Shown here: positions 9,178 to 18,720 of the stretch, piece by piece | How the letters are laid out: the number at the start of each line of letters is the position of its first letter | How positions within the stretch are numbered: the first letter of the stretch is position 1 | Notes under the pieces: model-generated | What the model was told of the DNA's origin: nothing | Database searches by the model: none | Seen by the model: the letters and a program-made list of their open reading frames with translations, nothing else | Program-made: the position numbers and the translations under genes | Sequence record: NC_054927.1 | Reading direction: 5' to 3' (one strand) | Source: Escherichia phage vB_EcoM_Ozark | DNA length: 64,000 nucleotides

Positions 9178-10497
9178 TCACACATAAAACACATCATAAC
9201 GACCACGAGTGACACCAACATAAAGAAGCTGCTGAGCTAATTCAGCATCTGCATAATGAATACAAGGCGTATAAATGAAAGCACGGTCTACAGACATACC
9301 CTGCGCTTTATGGAATGTTGATGCAGGAAGTGCTTTCACTTTACTAAACTGTGATTTAGCATCCCAAAAATCGCTCCACGGAGCTTTTCCGCCTTTGTTC
9401 CAATTTTTATAAGTTTCTGCCGTTTTACCTAAAAATAGGTTAAACTTATACAATTCTTCATCGGATGAAATTATTTTAATCTTTTCACGATAATATTCAT
9501 CATCGCCGTAAGTTTCTACTGTTAAATCCCAATGACGAATTAGATATTCCCCAGGAACACCACGAGCTTTAACAAACGTTGATGTATACTCAGCTTCTAT
9601 AATACGAACTAATTGTCCGTTATTAAAAATAATTTCTGATACAGGCTTTCCATCAATTTTATATGTTTTAATTAATGGTTCCTGCATTACAATAATTTCA
9701 CCGACAATAAAATCTTTATCAGTTTCAAAAATCTTTTTACGAATAATGCTATTTAACTTGTCAACAGATTTATTCGTAAATGCCATTACGCGATTTTCAA
9801 ACAAATCATCTAAAGATTTGACGATTGAAAAATAATTTACCATAAAATCGCGTAAAGCGGTATCACCAGTAAATCCACGTACTCCATGCCCGTCAACAAC
9901 TTTATCATAAATCCACTTACCGTTACGAACGTCAGTAGCTACATCAATAATAGGAGCATTACTGCGTTTAACTTCAGTAAGTTCACACTGATAAAAATCT
10001 TTATGTGTAAAGAATGGACTGATATAAGCAGTGTTTTCTCCTGGGTCAACAGGTCTAATTTGCTTATTATCGCCTATTCCAATTATAGTACACCAAGGTG
10101 GGATAGTTGAAAGCAGAATTTTAAACAGCTTTCTATCATACATTGACACTTCGTCACAGATTAATACTCTGCATTTAGCTAAATCTGGTACTTCCTTCTG
10201 CTCAAAGAGGACATTTTCTTCATATGTTACTGGGTTAATTTTAAGAATACTATGAATAGTACTCGCTTCTTTCCCTGATAGTTTTGAAAGAATCTTTTTA
10301 GCTGCATGAGTAGGAGCTGCTAAAATAATACCAGTTTCACCCGTAGATATTAAAGCTTCAATGATGAACTTAGTAAGAGTAGTCTTACCGGTACCGGCAG
10401 GTCCATTAATAGTTACATGATGTTTCTTTTCTTTAATAGCCTTCATAACAATGTTAAAGGCATTTTTCTGGCCTTCGGTCAAATCATCAAATGTCAT
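9178..10497 (-). CDS. dda: Dda DNA helicase (SF1B), 439 aa
   Basis: Walker A GPAGTGKTT; 439 aa as T4 Dda. Confidence 0.9.
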   Translation of the reverse strand: MTFDDLTEGQKNAFNIVMKAIKEKKHHVTINGPAGTGKTTLTKFIIEALISTGETGIILAAPTHAAKKILSKLSGKEASTIHSILKINPVTYEENVLFEQKEVPDLAKCRVLICDEVSMYDRKLFKILLSTIPPWCTIIGIGDNKQIRPVDPGENTAYISPFFTHKDFYQCELTEVKRSNAPIIDVATDVRNGKWIYDKVVDGHGVRGFTGDTALRDFMVNYFSIVKSLDDLFENRVMAFTNKSVDKLNSIIRKKIFETDKDFIVGEIIVMQEPLIKTYKIDGKPVSEIIFNNGQLVRIIEAEYTSTFVKARGVPGEYLIRHWDLTVETYGDDEYYREKIKIISSDEELYKFNLFLGKTAETYKNWNKGGKAPWSDFWDAKSQFSKVKALPASTFHKAQGMSVDRAFIYTPCIHYADAELAQQLLYVGVTRGRYDVFYV

Positions 10498-10805
10498 CGT
10501 AAATTCCCTGCAATTGGTATACTAACAATACGCCCAGTATCTAAAATTCGCTGATATAATCTTTGCGTGTCTACGTCAGGCTTAACATGTTTAACTTCTA
10601 TTTTATTAAACCAAAATTTACGTGGAGTCTCAACTAATCTTGGAATTCCCTTACCTAAAGCTAGTCGATACTGCTCTTTAAGAGTAGTAAATACTTTATC
10701 AGCAATATTCCATTCAAAAAATACAGCAGGACGATGTTCATCAAGCGGAACTGGCGCCGTAAATCCGTCTTTGTCTCGGTAAACTATCGCGTATACATAA
10801 ACCAT
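10494..10805 (-). CDS. hypothetical protein (103 aa)
   Basis: ORF, ATGA overlap with dda. Confidence 0.45.
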   Translation of the reverse strand: MVYVYAIVYRDKDGFTAPVPLDEHRPAVFFEWNIADKVFTTLKEQYRLALGKGIPRLVETPRKFWFNKIEVKHVKPDVDTQRLYQRILDTGRIVSIPIAGNLR

Positions 10806-10806
10806 A

Positions 10807-11553
10807 TTATCCTCGGATAAGTTTAAAAATTGAACAATTTAGCGGGTATCCTCTTTTCAGTTTAAGTTTATCAATAAAAGACAAATTTTGATACCGCTCT
10901 ACACCTTGAATAATTTTATCACACATATCATATTGCATTTCTGCTTCTGACAGCTTTTTCACAATTTTCCAATCCGAGCCTTTAAGAAGAACGTTCAATT
11001 TAACAACTTCAGCGCCTTCTGCTATGCGAGAACCATCAATACGTGCTTTAAGTGCTATAATCCTTAGCTTAATGTCAGAGGTCTGTTTTGATTTAGAAAG
11101 CTGAGAAATGTGTTCAATTCGGTTTTCACGTTTTTTCTGTATAGCTTTAATTTGATTATAAGTCTTTTTGATTTTAGCCCATTTCTTTTCATCTAAATTT
11201 AGTTTATGAACTTTTTTCGCAGATGAACGACCAATTCGCAAAGCAAATAAATCACGCTTTTCAATCAACTCTTCTAAAGTATAATCAGAACGAAATGTAT
11301 TATACTTTTTCTTTACTGCAATAACATTCCCTTTAATGTATCCAACGTTATTATCAAAACGTTCTAATGATAATTTCTCTCCTTCAACACGATTATCAAA
11401 AGGTTCTCCTGAGTAAGCACAAACTTTCTGATCTAAAATGTTCTTAATGTAATTGAAGTCTAAGTTAAAATCTTTAGAACGTCTTTTTGCAGATGCCTGG
11501 GTATGCTCTAGACGACGTTTAATTTTACGAATTTGGTTATTAGACAGCTTCAT
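10807..11553 (-). CDS. basic early protein, srd-like by position and size (248 aa)
   Basis: 248 aa, Lys/Arg-rich; positional equivalent of T4 srd; assignment uncertain. Confidence 0.4.
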   Translation of the reverse strand: MKLSNNQIRKIKRRLEHTQASAKRRSKDFNLDFNYIKNILDQKVCAYSGEPFDNRVEGEKLSLERFDNNVGYIKGNVIAVKKKYNTFRSDYTLEELIEKRDLFALRIGRSSAKKVHKLNLDEKKWAKIKKTYNQIKAIQKKRENRIEHISQLSKSKQTSDIKLRIIALKARIDGSRIAEGAEVVKLNVLLKGSDWKIVKKLSEAEMQYDMCDKIIQGVERYQNLSFIDKLKLKRGYPLNCSIFKLIRG

Positions 11554-11589
11554 ATTTTTCTCACATCTTACGGACGGTTAACTACTTAT

Positions 11590-11619
11590 ACTATAACATT
11601 TTTACTTTAACTTGTAAAC
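11590..11619 (-). promoter_or_regulatory. T4 early-type promoter (GTTTAC / TATAGT)
   Basis: fwd gtaaac 11614-11619; -10 at 11590-11595. Confidence 0.45.
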
Positions 11620-11631
11620 AACTTTATGAAA

Positions 11632-11658
11632 AATGCTTTAAAACTTTCATGGTATAAT
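11632..11658 (+). promoter_or_regulatory. plus-strand MotA-box middle-type promoter (aaTGCTTTA, 12 nt, TATAAT)
   Basis: tgcttta 11634-11640, tataat 11653-11658; would run antisense into the mod genes. Confidence 0.4.
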
Positions 11659-11675
11659 GAATCTAAGTCCTTCCA

Positions 11676-12278
11676 TTATAGATTAAATCCTTCAAAATCA
11701 AGAGTATAGATAGTATATGTTGAATACTTTTTATACTCATATCTATCTGCAATTCTAAATACACTTCCAGCTGGTATCATTACTTCTTGTTCATCTGAAA
11801 CTAATTCCATATTACGATAACGATGGCTATCCGGAAACTTAAAGTTTGGATTGTATTCTTTACAGCGTAGAGCTTTTATAGCATACTCCTGGAAATTGAA
11901 TACCATAGGAGCTTTGAATTCAAAAATAACTTGTGTGTTATACTCTAAACCGGAAGCAAAATGTAGAGCTATATTTTTATCATATGAAGCTGATACTACT
12001 TTATCAAATGTAATAATATCAATTTCTTGATTTAATACTTGCTTAGTCTCAGCTGGAACACCTCTCCAAAGAGGTTTATCGTTTGGTTCCAAACGAGATT
12101 TGATTATTTCATTTAACCAAGTATGGTCATCTGGTTTATTAGTAATACAATGAATTAAAAGTTCAATTTCAGATAAATTAAACCCTTCAGAAAGTAATTC
12201 TTCACGAATAGAAGCACGCACCGATGCATCCATTGATTTTATTTTAAAATCTTTTAGTTGCATTACTGAGTATTTCAT
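11676..12278 (-). CDS. modA: ADP-ribosyltransferase, Mod family (200 aa)
   Basis: R...STS...EQE motif (RGVP, SASYD, EQEVMIP); A/B assignment by size only. Confidence 0.65.
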   Translation of the reverse strand: MKYSVMQLKDFKIKSMDASVRASIREELLSEGFNLSEIELLIHCITNKPDDHTWLNEIIKSRLEPNDKPLWRGVPAETKQVLNQEIDIITFDKVVSASYDKNIALHFASGLEYNTQVIFEFKAPMVFNFQEYAIKALRCKEYNPNFKFPDSHRYRNMELVSDEQEVMIPAGSVFRIADRYEYKKYSTYTIYTLDFEGFNL

Positions 12279-12898
12279 TCAACTACCTCAATATCATAAA
12301 CTTTAAATGTTCCAAATGAATCGTGTAATTTTTCTTTTGAAATAGAAGTTATTCTATACTTTCCAATTGGAATCATCCATTCCTGTTCACGCACAATCAT
12401 CATTAAGTTATCAGTACGCTCTGAATCTAATCCATCAGTATCTTCATACGTGTACTTAAACTCAGTATTAGGAGAAGAAAGTATAATATCGCTGATATGG
12501 TCAGAATAATTAAAAGCTTTATTAGTTTTTAAGCGAAGTATTATTTTAGTAAAATATTCAGCGTAAGAAAAAGAACATGCTGTGAGTAAACTAGTAGTAA
12601 ATGAATCTACCCTGTTCGTTGAAAACACTTCTCCAACTTGTAAATCTTTAATAAGTTCTTCTGTTGATTTTGATATACCACGATATAACTGATAAGGTGA
12701 TTTAGTTAAATGCTTTTTAATGATTTTATTCAACTGCCGATGAAGAGCTTCATTCTTTTTGGCTTCCATACATTGCCAAAGAACAGACTGCTCAAAATCA
12801 GTAAATTTTTCACAGACCTTTTTATACATATCATATTGAAAATCAACGCTTTCAGCTTTTATAGATAACTGTTCAACATCTGCAAGATTAATAATCAT
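12275..12898 (-). CDS. modB: ADP-ribosyltransferase, Mod family (207 aa)
   Basis: paralog of 11676..12278 (YRGIS, STN, EQEWMIP). Confidence 0.65.
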   Translation of the reverse strand: MIINLADVEQLSIKAESVDFQYDMYKKVCEKFTDFEQSVLWQCMEAKKNEALHRQLNKIIKKHLTKSPYQLYRGISKSTEELIKDLQVGEVFSTNRVDSFTTSLLTACSFSYAEYFTKIILRLKTNKAFNYSDHISDIILSSPNTEFKYTYEDTDGLDSERTDNLMMIVREQEWMIPIGKYRITSISKEKLHDSFGTFKVYDIEVVE

Positions 12899-12924
12899 GA
12901 TAGCCTCCGTATACTTCAGAAGCT

Positions 12925-12954
12925 ATCATATCATCGTTAGGAAGGAAAGTAAAC
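12925..12954 (-). promoter_or_regulatory. T4 early-type promoter (GTTTAC / TATGAT)
   Basis: fwd gtaaac 12949-12954; upstream of mod genes. Confidence 0.45.
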
Positions 12955-12965
12955 AACTTTTTGAA

Positions 12966-13148
12966 TTATTTTGCCCAGGGAGCCCAAGGCGGAGGGTCAA
13001 GATGGTATGAAGCTAGTTCTTCTAGAAGAGCATCTGGGGCTTCAATTCCATAATTCTGTAATACTATACGGTATTCTTTCTTATAATCACTAGAATCATT
13101 CTGGATATTCGTAGAATGATTATCTTCTAACATCTCAAATAAATCCAT
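12966..13148 (-). CDS. hypothetical protein (60 aa)
   Basis: ORF. Confidence 0.35.
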   Translation of the reverse strand: MDLFEMLEDNHSTNIQNDSSDYKKEYRIVLQNYGIEAPDALLEELASYHLDPPPWAPWAK

Positions 13149-13156
13149 ATTAATTC

Positions 13157-13627
13157 CTAGCGATAAAAACCAAAATAACGATTAGTTTCAATAATCTTTC
13201 TTTCTTCTTCTGACATTCTCCAGCGTAGTCCAACATCAAAATGAGCCCAGACCATCTTAACAAATGCATTTATATCTTTAATATCTTCAATAATGAATGT
13301 TTTACTTTTGGAAGGCTGACTCGCTAATTTAACTTTATCGTCTTCAAACAGGTCAAAAAGACCATATTCATGAGCTCTTTTATAGCCTTTAATAGTTAAA
13401 GCTTCGGAAGAAGAAAATGGTGAATCTGTATTCTGCAAAATATCTTCAGTATGCTTTATAATTAGAATAACATTTTCTGGATATTTTCTTTCTTTTATAT
13501 CTTTAATTAAAAGATCCGGATTTTCTGCTAAAGGAATAATTAATGAGCACTTTTTATCAAGTGTATTTACTGATTTACCTTCTTTGGACATAAATTCTAT
13601 TGAATAATGTTTTGCTACTTCAATCAT
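13157..13627 (-). CDS. hypothetical protein (156 aa)
   Basis: ORF. Confidence 0.45.
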   Translation of the reverse strand: MIEVAKHYSIEFMSKEGKSVNTLDKKCSLIIPLAENPDLLIKDIKERKYPENVILIIKHTEDILQNTDSPFSSSEALTIKGYKRAHEYGLFDLFEDDKVKLASQPSKSKTFIIEDIKDINAFVKMVWAHFDVGLRWRMSEEERKIIETNRYFGFYR

Positions 13628-13780
13628 GTGATTTCCTTTTGCCTACTAATGGACCGTCAGGAATTTTATTTTCCTGAATGTATTTTTCATTTTCTTCCAT
13701 CATTTTACTGCCAATTTTAAGAAGCAAATCCATTGCTTCATTTGCTTTAGCTTTAGCCTCTTCTAACATTATATCTTTGT

Positions 13781-13984
13781 TCACGATTTATCCCCATAGA
13801 TGTCTCTCATTAATTTAAGCGCTGAGCGTTCTAATTTCTTTTCTTTCTCAGCACTAATCATTGATTTCATCCATTCTTCCGATTCGTTCTGCATTTCTTT
13901 ATTTGCCTGTTCAACCCAACCATCATCAATATACATTGAGTTTGGTCTATTGAACCATTCAAGCATTTTCTTCAGAACTTTCAT
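13781..13984 (-). CDS. hypothetical protein (67 aa)
   Basis: ORF. Confidence 0.35.
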   Translation of the reverse strand: MKVLKKMLEWFNRPNSMYIDDGWVEQANKEMQNESEEWMKSMISAEKEKKLERSALKLMRDIYGDKS

Positions 13985-14456
13985 TTGTTTTACCTAAAAC
14001 AATAGTAGGAGCATCGTCAAATTCATGAATTTTTAGCAATTTTGGATTTAAATTATTCCATACATAATAAATAAAGTATGATAAAGCATCTTCACTCGCA
14101 ATTATAAATTTATTTCCTTCATTTATTTTCCAGTCATATACTGAATCGTACGAATAAAAAGATAAAGGATTACCATTATATTGTTCTGCGCTAACATTAA
14201 TGTATTCGGATTTAGTAAATGCTTCAATTGCTCTAAACGGACTATTTGGCACAGTTTCAATAATTCCGATCTTTTTAAGTTTTATTTCAACATCTTCTGG
14301 AACTGGCATTGAAACGAAATTTTCTACGAGATACATAGGGTTACAATAACCCTTATCAATCACTACGGCTACAGTAATTGGAACATCTTTAGCAAACGAC
14401 ATGCTATTACTGCTAATATACATTTCAAACAAAATTGCTTCCATAATTTTCCTCAA
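13959..14456 (-). CDS. hypothetical protein (165 aa)
   Basis: ORF. Confidence 0.45.
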   Translation of the reverse strand: MRKIMEAILFEMYISSNSMSFAKDVPITVAVVIDKGYCNPMYLVENFVSMPVPEDVEIKLKKIGIIETVPNSPFRAIEAFTKSEYINVSAEQYNGNPLSFYSYDSVYDWKINEGNKFIIASEDALSYFIYYVWNNLNPKLLKIHEFDDAPTIVLGKTNESSEENA

Positions 14457-14794
14457 TCACAAGATGTAGATGAACAACTAGAATCACAAGAACTTCCACA
14501 TGAATCGCCCGTCCATACATGAACAGGAACATTAGTATCATATGAATCAGAACTAGACTGTGTTTTCTGTGCATTAGATGATGTAGTAGGTACTGACCAG
14601 CGCCAAGGATTTTTATAATATTCTTGGGCTTCTTCATAAGTCATAGTAACTGCTTCTACTGTTCCATCTCCCATATAAACATACTCAACTACAGTTAAAG
14701 GAAGGTAGTCATTTGAAATAGGAACTACACCTTCTCCGGGAGTTGTAGAGAAAAAATCCGTAAAGAAACTTTTAAACCAATTAAAGATAAACAT
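14453..14794 (-). CDS. hypothetical protein with Cys/Ser-rich C-terminal tail (113 aa)
   Basis: ORF ending [18 protein letters not shown]. Confidence 0.4.
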   Translation of the reverse strand: MFIFNWFKSFFTDFFSTTPGEGVVPISNDYLPLTVVEYVYMGDGTVEAVTMTYEEAQEYYKNPWRWSVPTTSSNAQKTQSSSDSYDTNVPVHVWTGDSCGSSCDSSCSSTSCD

Positions 14795-15000
14795 TACAAA
14801 AAGCCTCTTTTGAATTCAACTTGTTTATCGCCATAATCATATCGAATCTCTGCATTAAATTCGACAGAGCCATCTGCGTACATCATAAATGAATGCACAA
14901 CAACTTCTGTAGACCATGGTTGTAGTTCATACTTCTTCATTACATGCCGTGAAATGATAATATCTAAATCTTCATTTGGTTTAATCCAGCGATTTAACAT
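14794..15000 (-). CDS. hypothetical protein (68 aa)
   Basis: ORF downstream of soc. Confidence 0.4.
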   Translation of the reverse strand: MLNRWIKPNEDLDIIISRHVMKKYELQPWSTEVVVHSFMMYADGSVEFNAEIRYDYGDKQVEFKRGFL

Positions 15001-15026
15001 AGTGCTCTCCTCTATAAGATAATTCT

Positions 15027-15056
15027 ATTATACCATACTCATTTTGGAAAGTAAAC
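15027..15056 (-). promoter_or_regulatory. T4 early-type promoter (GTTTAC / TATAAT)
   Basis: fwd gtaaac 15051-15056, attata 15027-15032. Confidence 0.55.
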
Positions 15057-15070
15057 CATTTAAATGAAAA

Positions 15071-15092
15071 AAGGACTCCCGAAGGAGTCCTT
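15071..15092 (-). terminator. intrinsic terminator after soc (9-bp GC stem, UUCG loop, U tract)
   Basis: AAGGACUCC-UUCG-GGAGUCCUU, then UUUUCAUUU on minus RNA, 7 nt after soc stop. Confidence 0.65.
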
Positions 15093-15098
15093 GAATTA

Positions 15099-15335
15099 TT
15101 AACCACCTATTTCTGTTGGCGTAAACATTGCAGCATTCTTAGTTTTCCAGTCAGCTGCATCAGAAACTACAGTAGAATATGCTGCCTTTTCAGAAGGAAA
15201 GGTCTGATAATGAGAATCTGCAATACGATGCTCGTTAGAATAGATTTCAAACGGAACAGAAACTTCCATACCTTTAACTTCTTTGCCTTCACCTGCTGGA
15301 TGAGTAAAGGTCTTGATGTTAACGAAACCGCCCAT
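15099..15335 (-). CDS. soc: small outer capsid protein Soc (78 aa)
   Basis: YVNIKTF...HYQTFPSEKAAYSTV motifs as recalled for T4 Soc. Confidence 0.8.
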   Translation of the reverse strand: MGGFVNIKTFTHPAGEGKEVKGMEVSVPFEIYSNEHRIADSHYQTFPSEKAAYSTVVSDAADWKTKNAAMFTPTEIGG

Positions 15336-15366
15336 AATAAACTCCTTTATTGTTTAATTACAGGTG

Positions 15367-15374
15367 TATTTATA
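15367..15374 (-). promoter_or_regulatory. late promoter TATAAATA upstream of soc
   Basis: fwd tatttata 15367-15374, about 32 nt upstream of soc ATG; AAAGGAG RBS follows. Confidence 0.6.
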
Positions 15375-15544
15375 TCAATCTTCAATTAAAACTTGTGCCA
15401 GGAATTCATGTTCATCTTGAATTTGTTTATATAAAGCCATTACAGCATTTATGTTAGAGCTATCTACTTTAAGTTGATAAGCATACCACTCATGTAAATT
15501 AATTAAAGCTTTTTGACGTCTAATAAATTCTTCTTTGGATATTT

Positions 15545-15745
15545 TCATTTTGAATGCTCTATAATTAATTTTAAAGCTTCTTCACTTACAAAAATTTCGT
15601 CAGGGCCTTCTTCTGCAACCCAATCAACCATACGAAGCTGATTAGATAAGAGCTCACATACGAGCTCCTTGTCATAATCTTTAAATAGCTGGTCAATACG
15701 TTTCTTGCGGGCTTTCTTGAGCTGGCGTTTATTTAAACGAGCCAT
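15545..15745 (-). CDS. hypothetical protein (66 aa)
   Basis: ORF between 56 and soc. Confidence 0.4.
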   Translation of the reverse strand: MARLNKRQLKKARKKRIDQLFKDYDKELVCELLSNQLRMVDWVAEEGPDEIFVSEEALKLIIEHSK

Positions 15746-16263
15746 TAATAACCTCGGTCTTGACGAGCGAAGTTTTCAGCATTTTTCAGATAATAAAGTT
15801 TAAAGATTTCTTCAGCTGACATTCCAAGAGCAATAAATTTATTCATGAAAAAGTGAAATTGGTCAATCAGTTCAAATTTAATTTCAAGTTGATCTTCAGG
15901 AGATAAATCTTGAATTTTCTTGGATTGCATTTCAGAATAACGTTTCTTCCAAGGTTTCCATACGGCAGAAGCTTCTTTTTCACCATTACTCATACCGCCA
16001 AGAGAAGTATATAGCTCGCGAGTTTCGTCTGCGATATAATCGTCTTGGTTTCGCAGCCAAGCAAGAACTTCTCCTGCAGTTTCAAGTGAATCAGGATGAC
16101 GATTTGTTTCTGGTTTATCATTAGCCAAACGAATCTGTAAATGCCGCTGCATGTCAAGCATAACCTGCAATGGGTCAATACTGTGCATAATATACTCAGC
16201 ATATGCACGATTTGCTTTATCAACACCTTCGATCAAATGAGCACATTCATTAAAGTGAGCCAT
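15745..16263 (-). CDS. 56: dCTP pyrophosphatase (MazG-like), gene 56, 172 aa
   Basis: start moved to ATG at 16263 (AGGA RBS); ORF-track N-terminal extension is hydrophobic read-through. Confidence 0.8.
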   Translation of the reverse strand: MAHFNECAHLIEGVDKANRAYAEYIMHSIDPLQVMLDMQRHLQIRLANDKPETNRHPDSLETAGEVLAWLRNQDDYIADETRELYTSLGGMSNGEKEASAVWKPWKKRYSEMQSKKIQDLSPEDQLEIKFELIDQFHFFMNKFIALGMSAEEIFKLYYLKNAENFARQDRGY

Positions 16264-16297
16264 TATTTTTCCTTTCAATTCATGGGTTAGTAGATTA

Positions 16298-16322
16298 ATT
16301 ATACAATAAATATATAAAGCAA
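16298..16322 (-). promoter_or_regulatory. MotA-box middle promoter upstream of gene 56 (TTGCTTTA, 11 nt, TATAAT)
   Basis: fwd taaagcaa 16315-16322, attata 16298-16303. Confidence 0.5.
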
Positions 16323-16334
16323 TAAGGAGGACAT

Positions 16335-16535
16335 ATGGTACAAAAATTAATGGCACTTGTTAATGCCATCAAAGGTAATAAAAAGCGTATAGCTTTTACT
16401 ATTTCTGCTATGATAGGAATTTTACTTTGGAACTTTATTTTATCACCTGTTGCAATTGCACATGGTATTAATATTCCAGTAGTTACTCTTGATACATTCG
16501 TAGATTTAGCATTTGCTTTAGTTGGGTTAATTTAA
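16335..16535 (+). CDS. plus-strand small membrane protein (66 aa, 2 predicted TM helices)
   Basis: AAGGAGG RBS 4-5 nt before ATG; hydrophobic; convergent with gene 61. Confidence 0.45.
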   Translation: MVQKLMALVNAIKGNKKRIAFTISAMIGILLWNFILSPVAIAHGINIPVVTLDTFVDLAFALVGLI

Positions 16536-17560
16536 ATCTTAGCATATTTAGATAGCCGCATTTTAGCCATCAACCCCTGTGCAATATTATTTTTCATATA
16601 TTCCATAATTTGTTCAGGGGTTGCACCTTCCTTTCTAATCATATCATTAACATCTTTTGATTTCCAGGGAGATTTATCCCAAAACATAACCCTTTCTCCT
16701 GCATCAACTAATTTAGTCATTCGCTTAATAGTGTCAGGATGACGAGGTTCATTATCTAAAACCCACACACGTCTATCTTTAAATGGAACAACTTCTAGGT
16801 CTAATTGACCACCTGTAATAGCTATACCATTTTCAATAAAAAGTGAATCTATAGGTCCTTCTAGAACATATACATCACCATCTTTAACTCGTTCGACTCC
16901 ATAGATTTTTGTTGCCTCAGGATAAGCTTTGATGGTGATATATTTTTGAGGAGCATCTTTCTTTAATGCACGTCCTTGAAAAGACTCAGCTTTTCCATTA
17001 GCATTATAAATTGGAATAACAAGACGAGGCTCAGGTATTTCCTTTTTATATGTTCCCGGTGCTATACTATTAACTAATTTAGGCCATTCGGTTGTAAACC
17101 AAAGATATTTCCATTTATCCTTTGGAATACAACGAGCTTTTACATATTTTATAATTGGATGGTCTTCCGCCAGTTTATCTAATCTAACACATGACGGAAG
17201 AGATTTAATTATTTTCTTCTCAGGTTGCTTAGGAAGTTCTTTAGGTTTTTCTACTGGACGACTTTTACCTTTTTCTTTTCTTATTTCAAAGATATACTCA
17301 CGATATAAATCAGGTTCAAACTCCTTTAAATATATTCCGATTGGTGCATGATAATTACAGTTATAACAATGAATATTTCCTTCATTATTATCACCATAAT
17401 ACCATCCACGAGCTTTATTCTGGTCGGTTTTTGAATCTCCACAAACAGGACATCTAAACCGCAATTTAAAAGTTGAACTATTATTTACTTGTGTGAATTT
17501 AGGTAAATGAGCCAATGCACGATACGCAAACTCATTATCAATCCAAGGTATTGATGACAT
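16532..17560 (-). CDS. 61: DNA primase, gene 61 (342 aa)
   Basis: N-terminal CPVCGDS...CYNC zinc ribbon; 342 aa as T4 gp61. Confidence 0.9.
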   Translation of the reverse strand: MSSIPWIDNEFAYRALAHLPKFTQVNNSSTFKLRFRCPVCGDSKTDQNKARGWYYGDNNEGNIHCYNCNYHAPIGIYLKEFEPDLYREYIFEIRKEKGKSRPVEKPKELPKQPEKKIIKSLPSCVRLDKLAEDHPIIKYVKARCIPKDKWKYLWFTTEWPKLVNSIAPGTYKKEIPEPRLVIPIYNANGKAESFQGRALKKDAPQKYITIKAYPEATKIYGVERVKDGDVYVLEGPIDSLFIENGIAITGGQLDLEVVPFKDRRVWVLDNEPRHPDTIKRMTKLVDAGERVMFWDKSPWKSKDVNDMIRKEGATPEQIMEYMKNNIAQGLMAKMRLSKYAKI

Positions 17561-17728
17561 TTTTACTCTTCTTTTTCTTTAGATTCCTCTTTTTTCTTTT
17601 TAGGAATCTGTTCAGGACCTTTATTTACTACAGCACCTGATGTTGTTCCAGTAGAGATATTTTCAGGATTACCACCTGAATCTCCAGCGACCATATCTTC
17701 TTTAATAAATTCTTTATATGTTTTCATA

Positions 17729-18085
17729 TTAACCTCTATTCATAAAAGCATTAAAAATTTGGTCATCAATAGATGGCGCAGTAATATTTTCTGCATCATT
17801 TAGCAAATCATTAATTTCATCAGATAGCATAACACATGTACCTTTATTTCCTGTAATTGTTACTGCACAATTACGAACGTTTTCTTTATCAAATTTTAGG
17901 TTAATATTTTCGTAGTGAAAATCCTTTAATGCCGAATATATCTTTAAAATGAAATTGTCTTTTACTACAATAAACCCAACCTCACTATTAAAACGCGGTT
18001 CATGGAAACTGTAATAAACCTTTTCATCTATAAAATCGTATGAAATTTTTTCCATTTTTAAATATGAAAATTCAGAACTATACAT
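17729..18085 (-). CDS. hypothetical protein (118 aa), shares C-terminus with neighbour
   Basis: C-terminal IDDQIFNAFMNRG. Confidence 0.45.
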   Translation of the reverse strand: MYSSEFSYLKMEKISYDFIDEKVYYSFHEPRFNSEVGFIVVKDNFILKIYSALKDFHYENINLKFDKENVRNCAVTITGNKGTCVMLSDEINDLLNDAENITAPSIDDQIFNAFMNRG

Positions 18086-18086
18086 A

Positions 18087-18719
18087 TTAACCTTTATTCA
18101 TAAAAGCATTAAAAATTTGATCGTCAATAGAAACTTTTACTTTAGGCTGTTCTTCAAACGGTAATTCATATCCACATATTACAATTTTGTGATCGATACC
18201 AAAATACACAGAAGCAATATTATTAATATTATTTTCAGTGAAATCTAAATCAACATCAATATCTTTTTGGCTAACGCTCAAAGGATAATTAATACGAATA
18301 ATTCGATTATCTTTAACAAAGATTCCACCGACATACTCTGTGCTGCGTTTAAAGTTTACACGTTTCCTAAATGAAAAATATTCAGGTTCTTTATGGGCTC
18401 GACTCATAGGGCTTAAAGTGTATTCCGAATATGAAATATCAAATCCTACACCTTCAATATGAGCCAAAGTGTCATGATTAAACCAATTATAATCGTATGC
18501 CAAATCCATTAAATTGTAATATGTGAAAGGCACCGGATTAACATCATATGTTGTACCTTTAAAATCTGCCCAGGCAACGATTTCGTTATCTTTAACAATT
18601 ACAAAAATTGTGCCAATAAGATATCCACGGTTATTTTCATCAGGCGTTATATTATAACATTGTGCATCAGGAAATTTACCGTATTTAAACGGTGGATTTT
18701 TGTGCATATAATAAATCAT
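18087..18719 (-). CDS. hypothetical protein (210 aa), shares C-terminus with neighbour
   Basis: C-terminal IDDQIFNAFMNKG. Confidence 0.45.
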   Translation of the reverse strand: MIYYMHKNPPFKYGKFPDAQCYNITPDENNRGYLIGTIFVIVKDNEIVAWADFKGTTYDVNPVPFTYYNLMDLAYDYNWFNHDTLAHIEGVGFDISYSEYTLSPMSRAHKEPEYFSFRKRVNFKRSTEYVGGIFVKDNRIIRINYPLSVSQKDIDVDLDFTENNINNIASVYFGIDHKIVICGYELPFEEQPKVKVSIDDQIFNAFMNKG

Positions 18720-18720
18720 A

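Noticed and set aside
10807-11553. HNH-like motif (CAYSGEPF...SLERFDNNVGYIKGNVIAV) in the srd-like protein
   Set aside because: Resembles the HNH_3 core but lacks the conserved catalytic His and Cys pairs; not enough to call an endonuclease.
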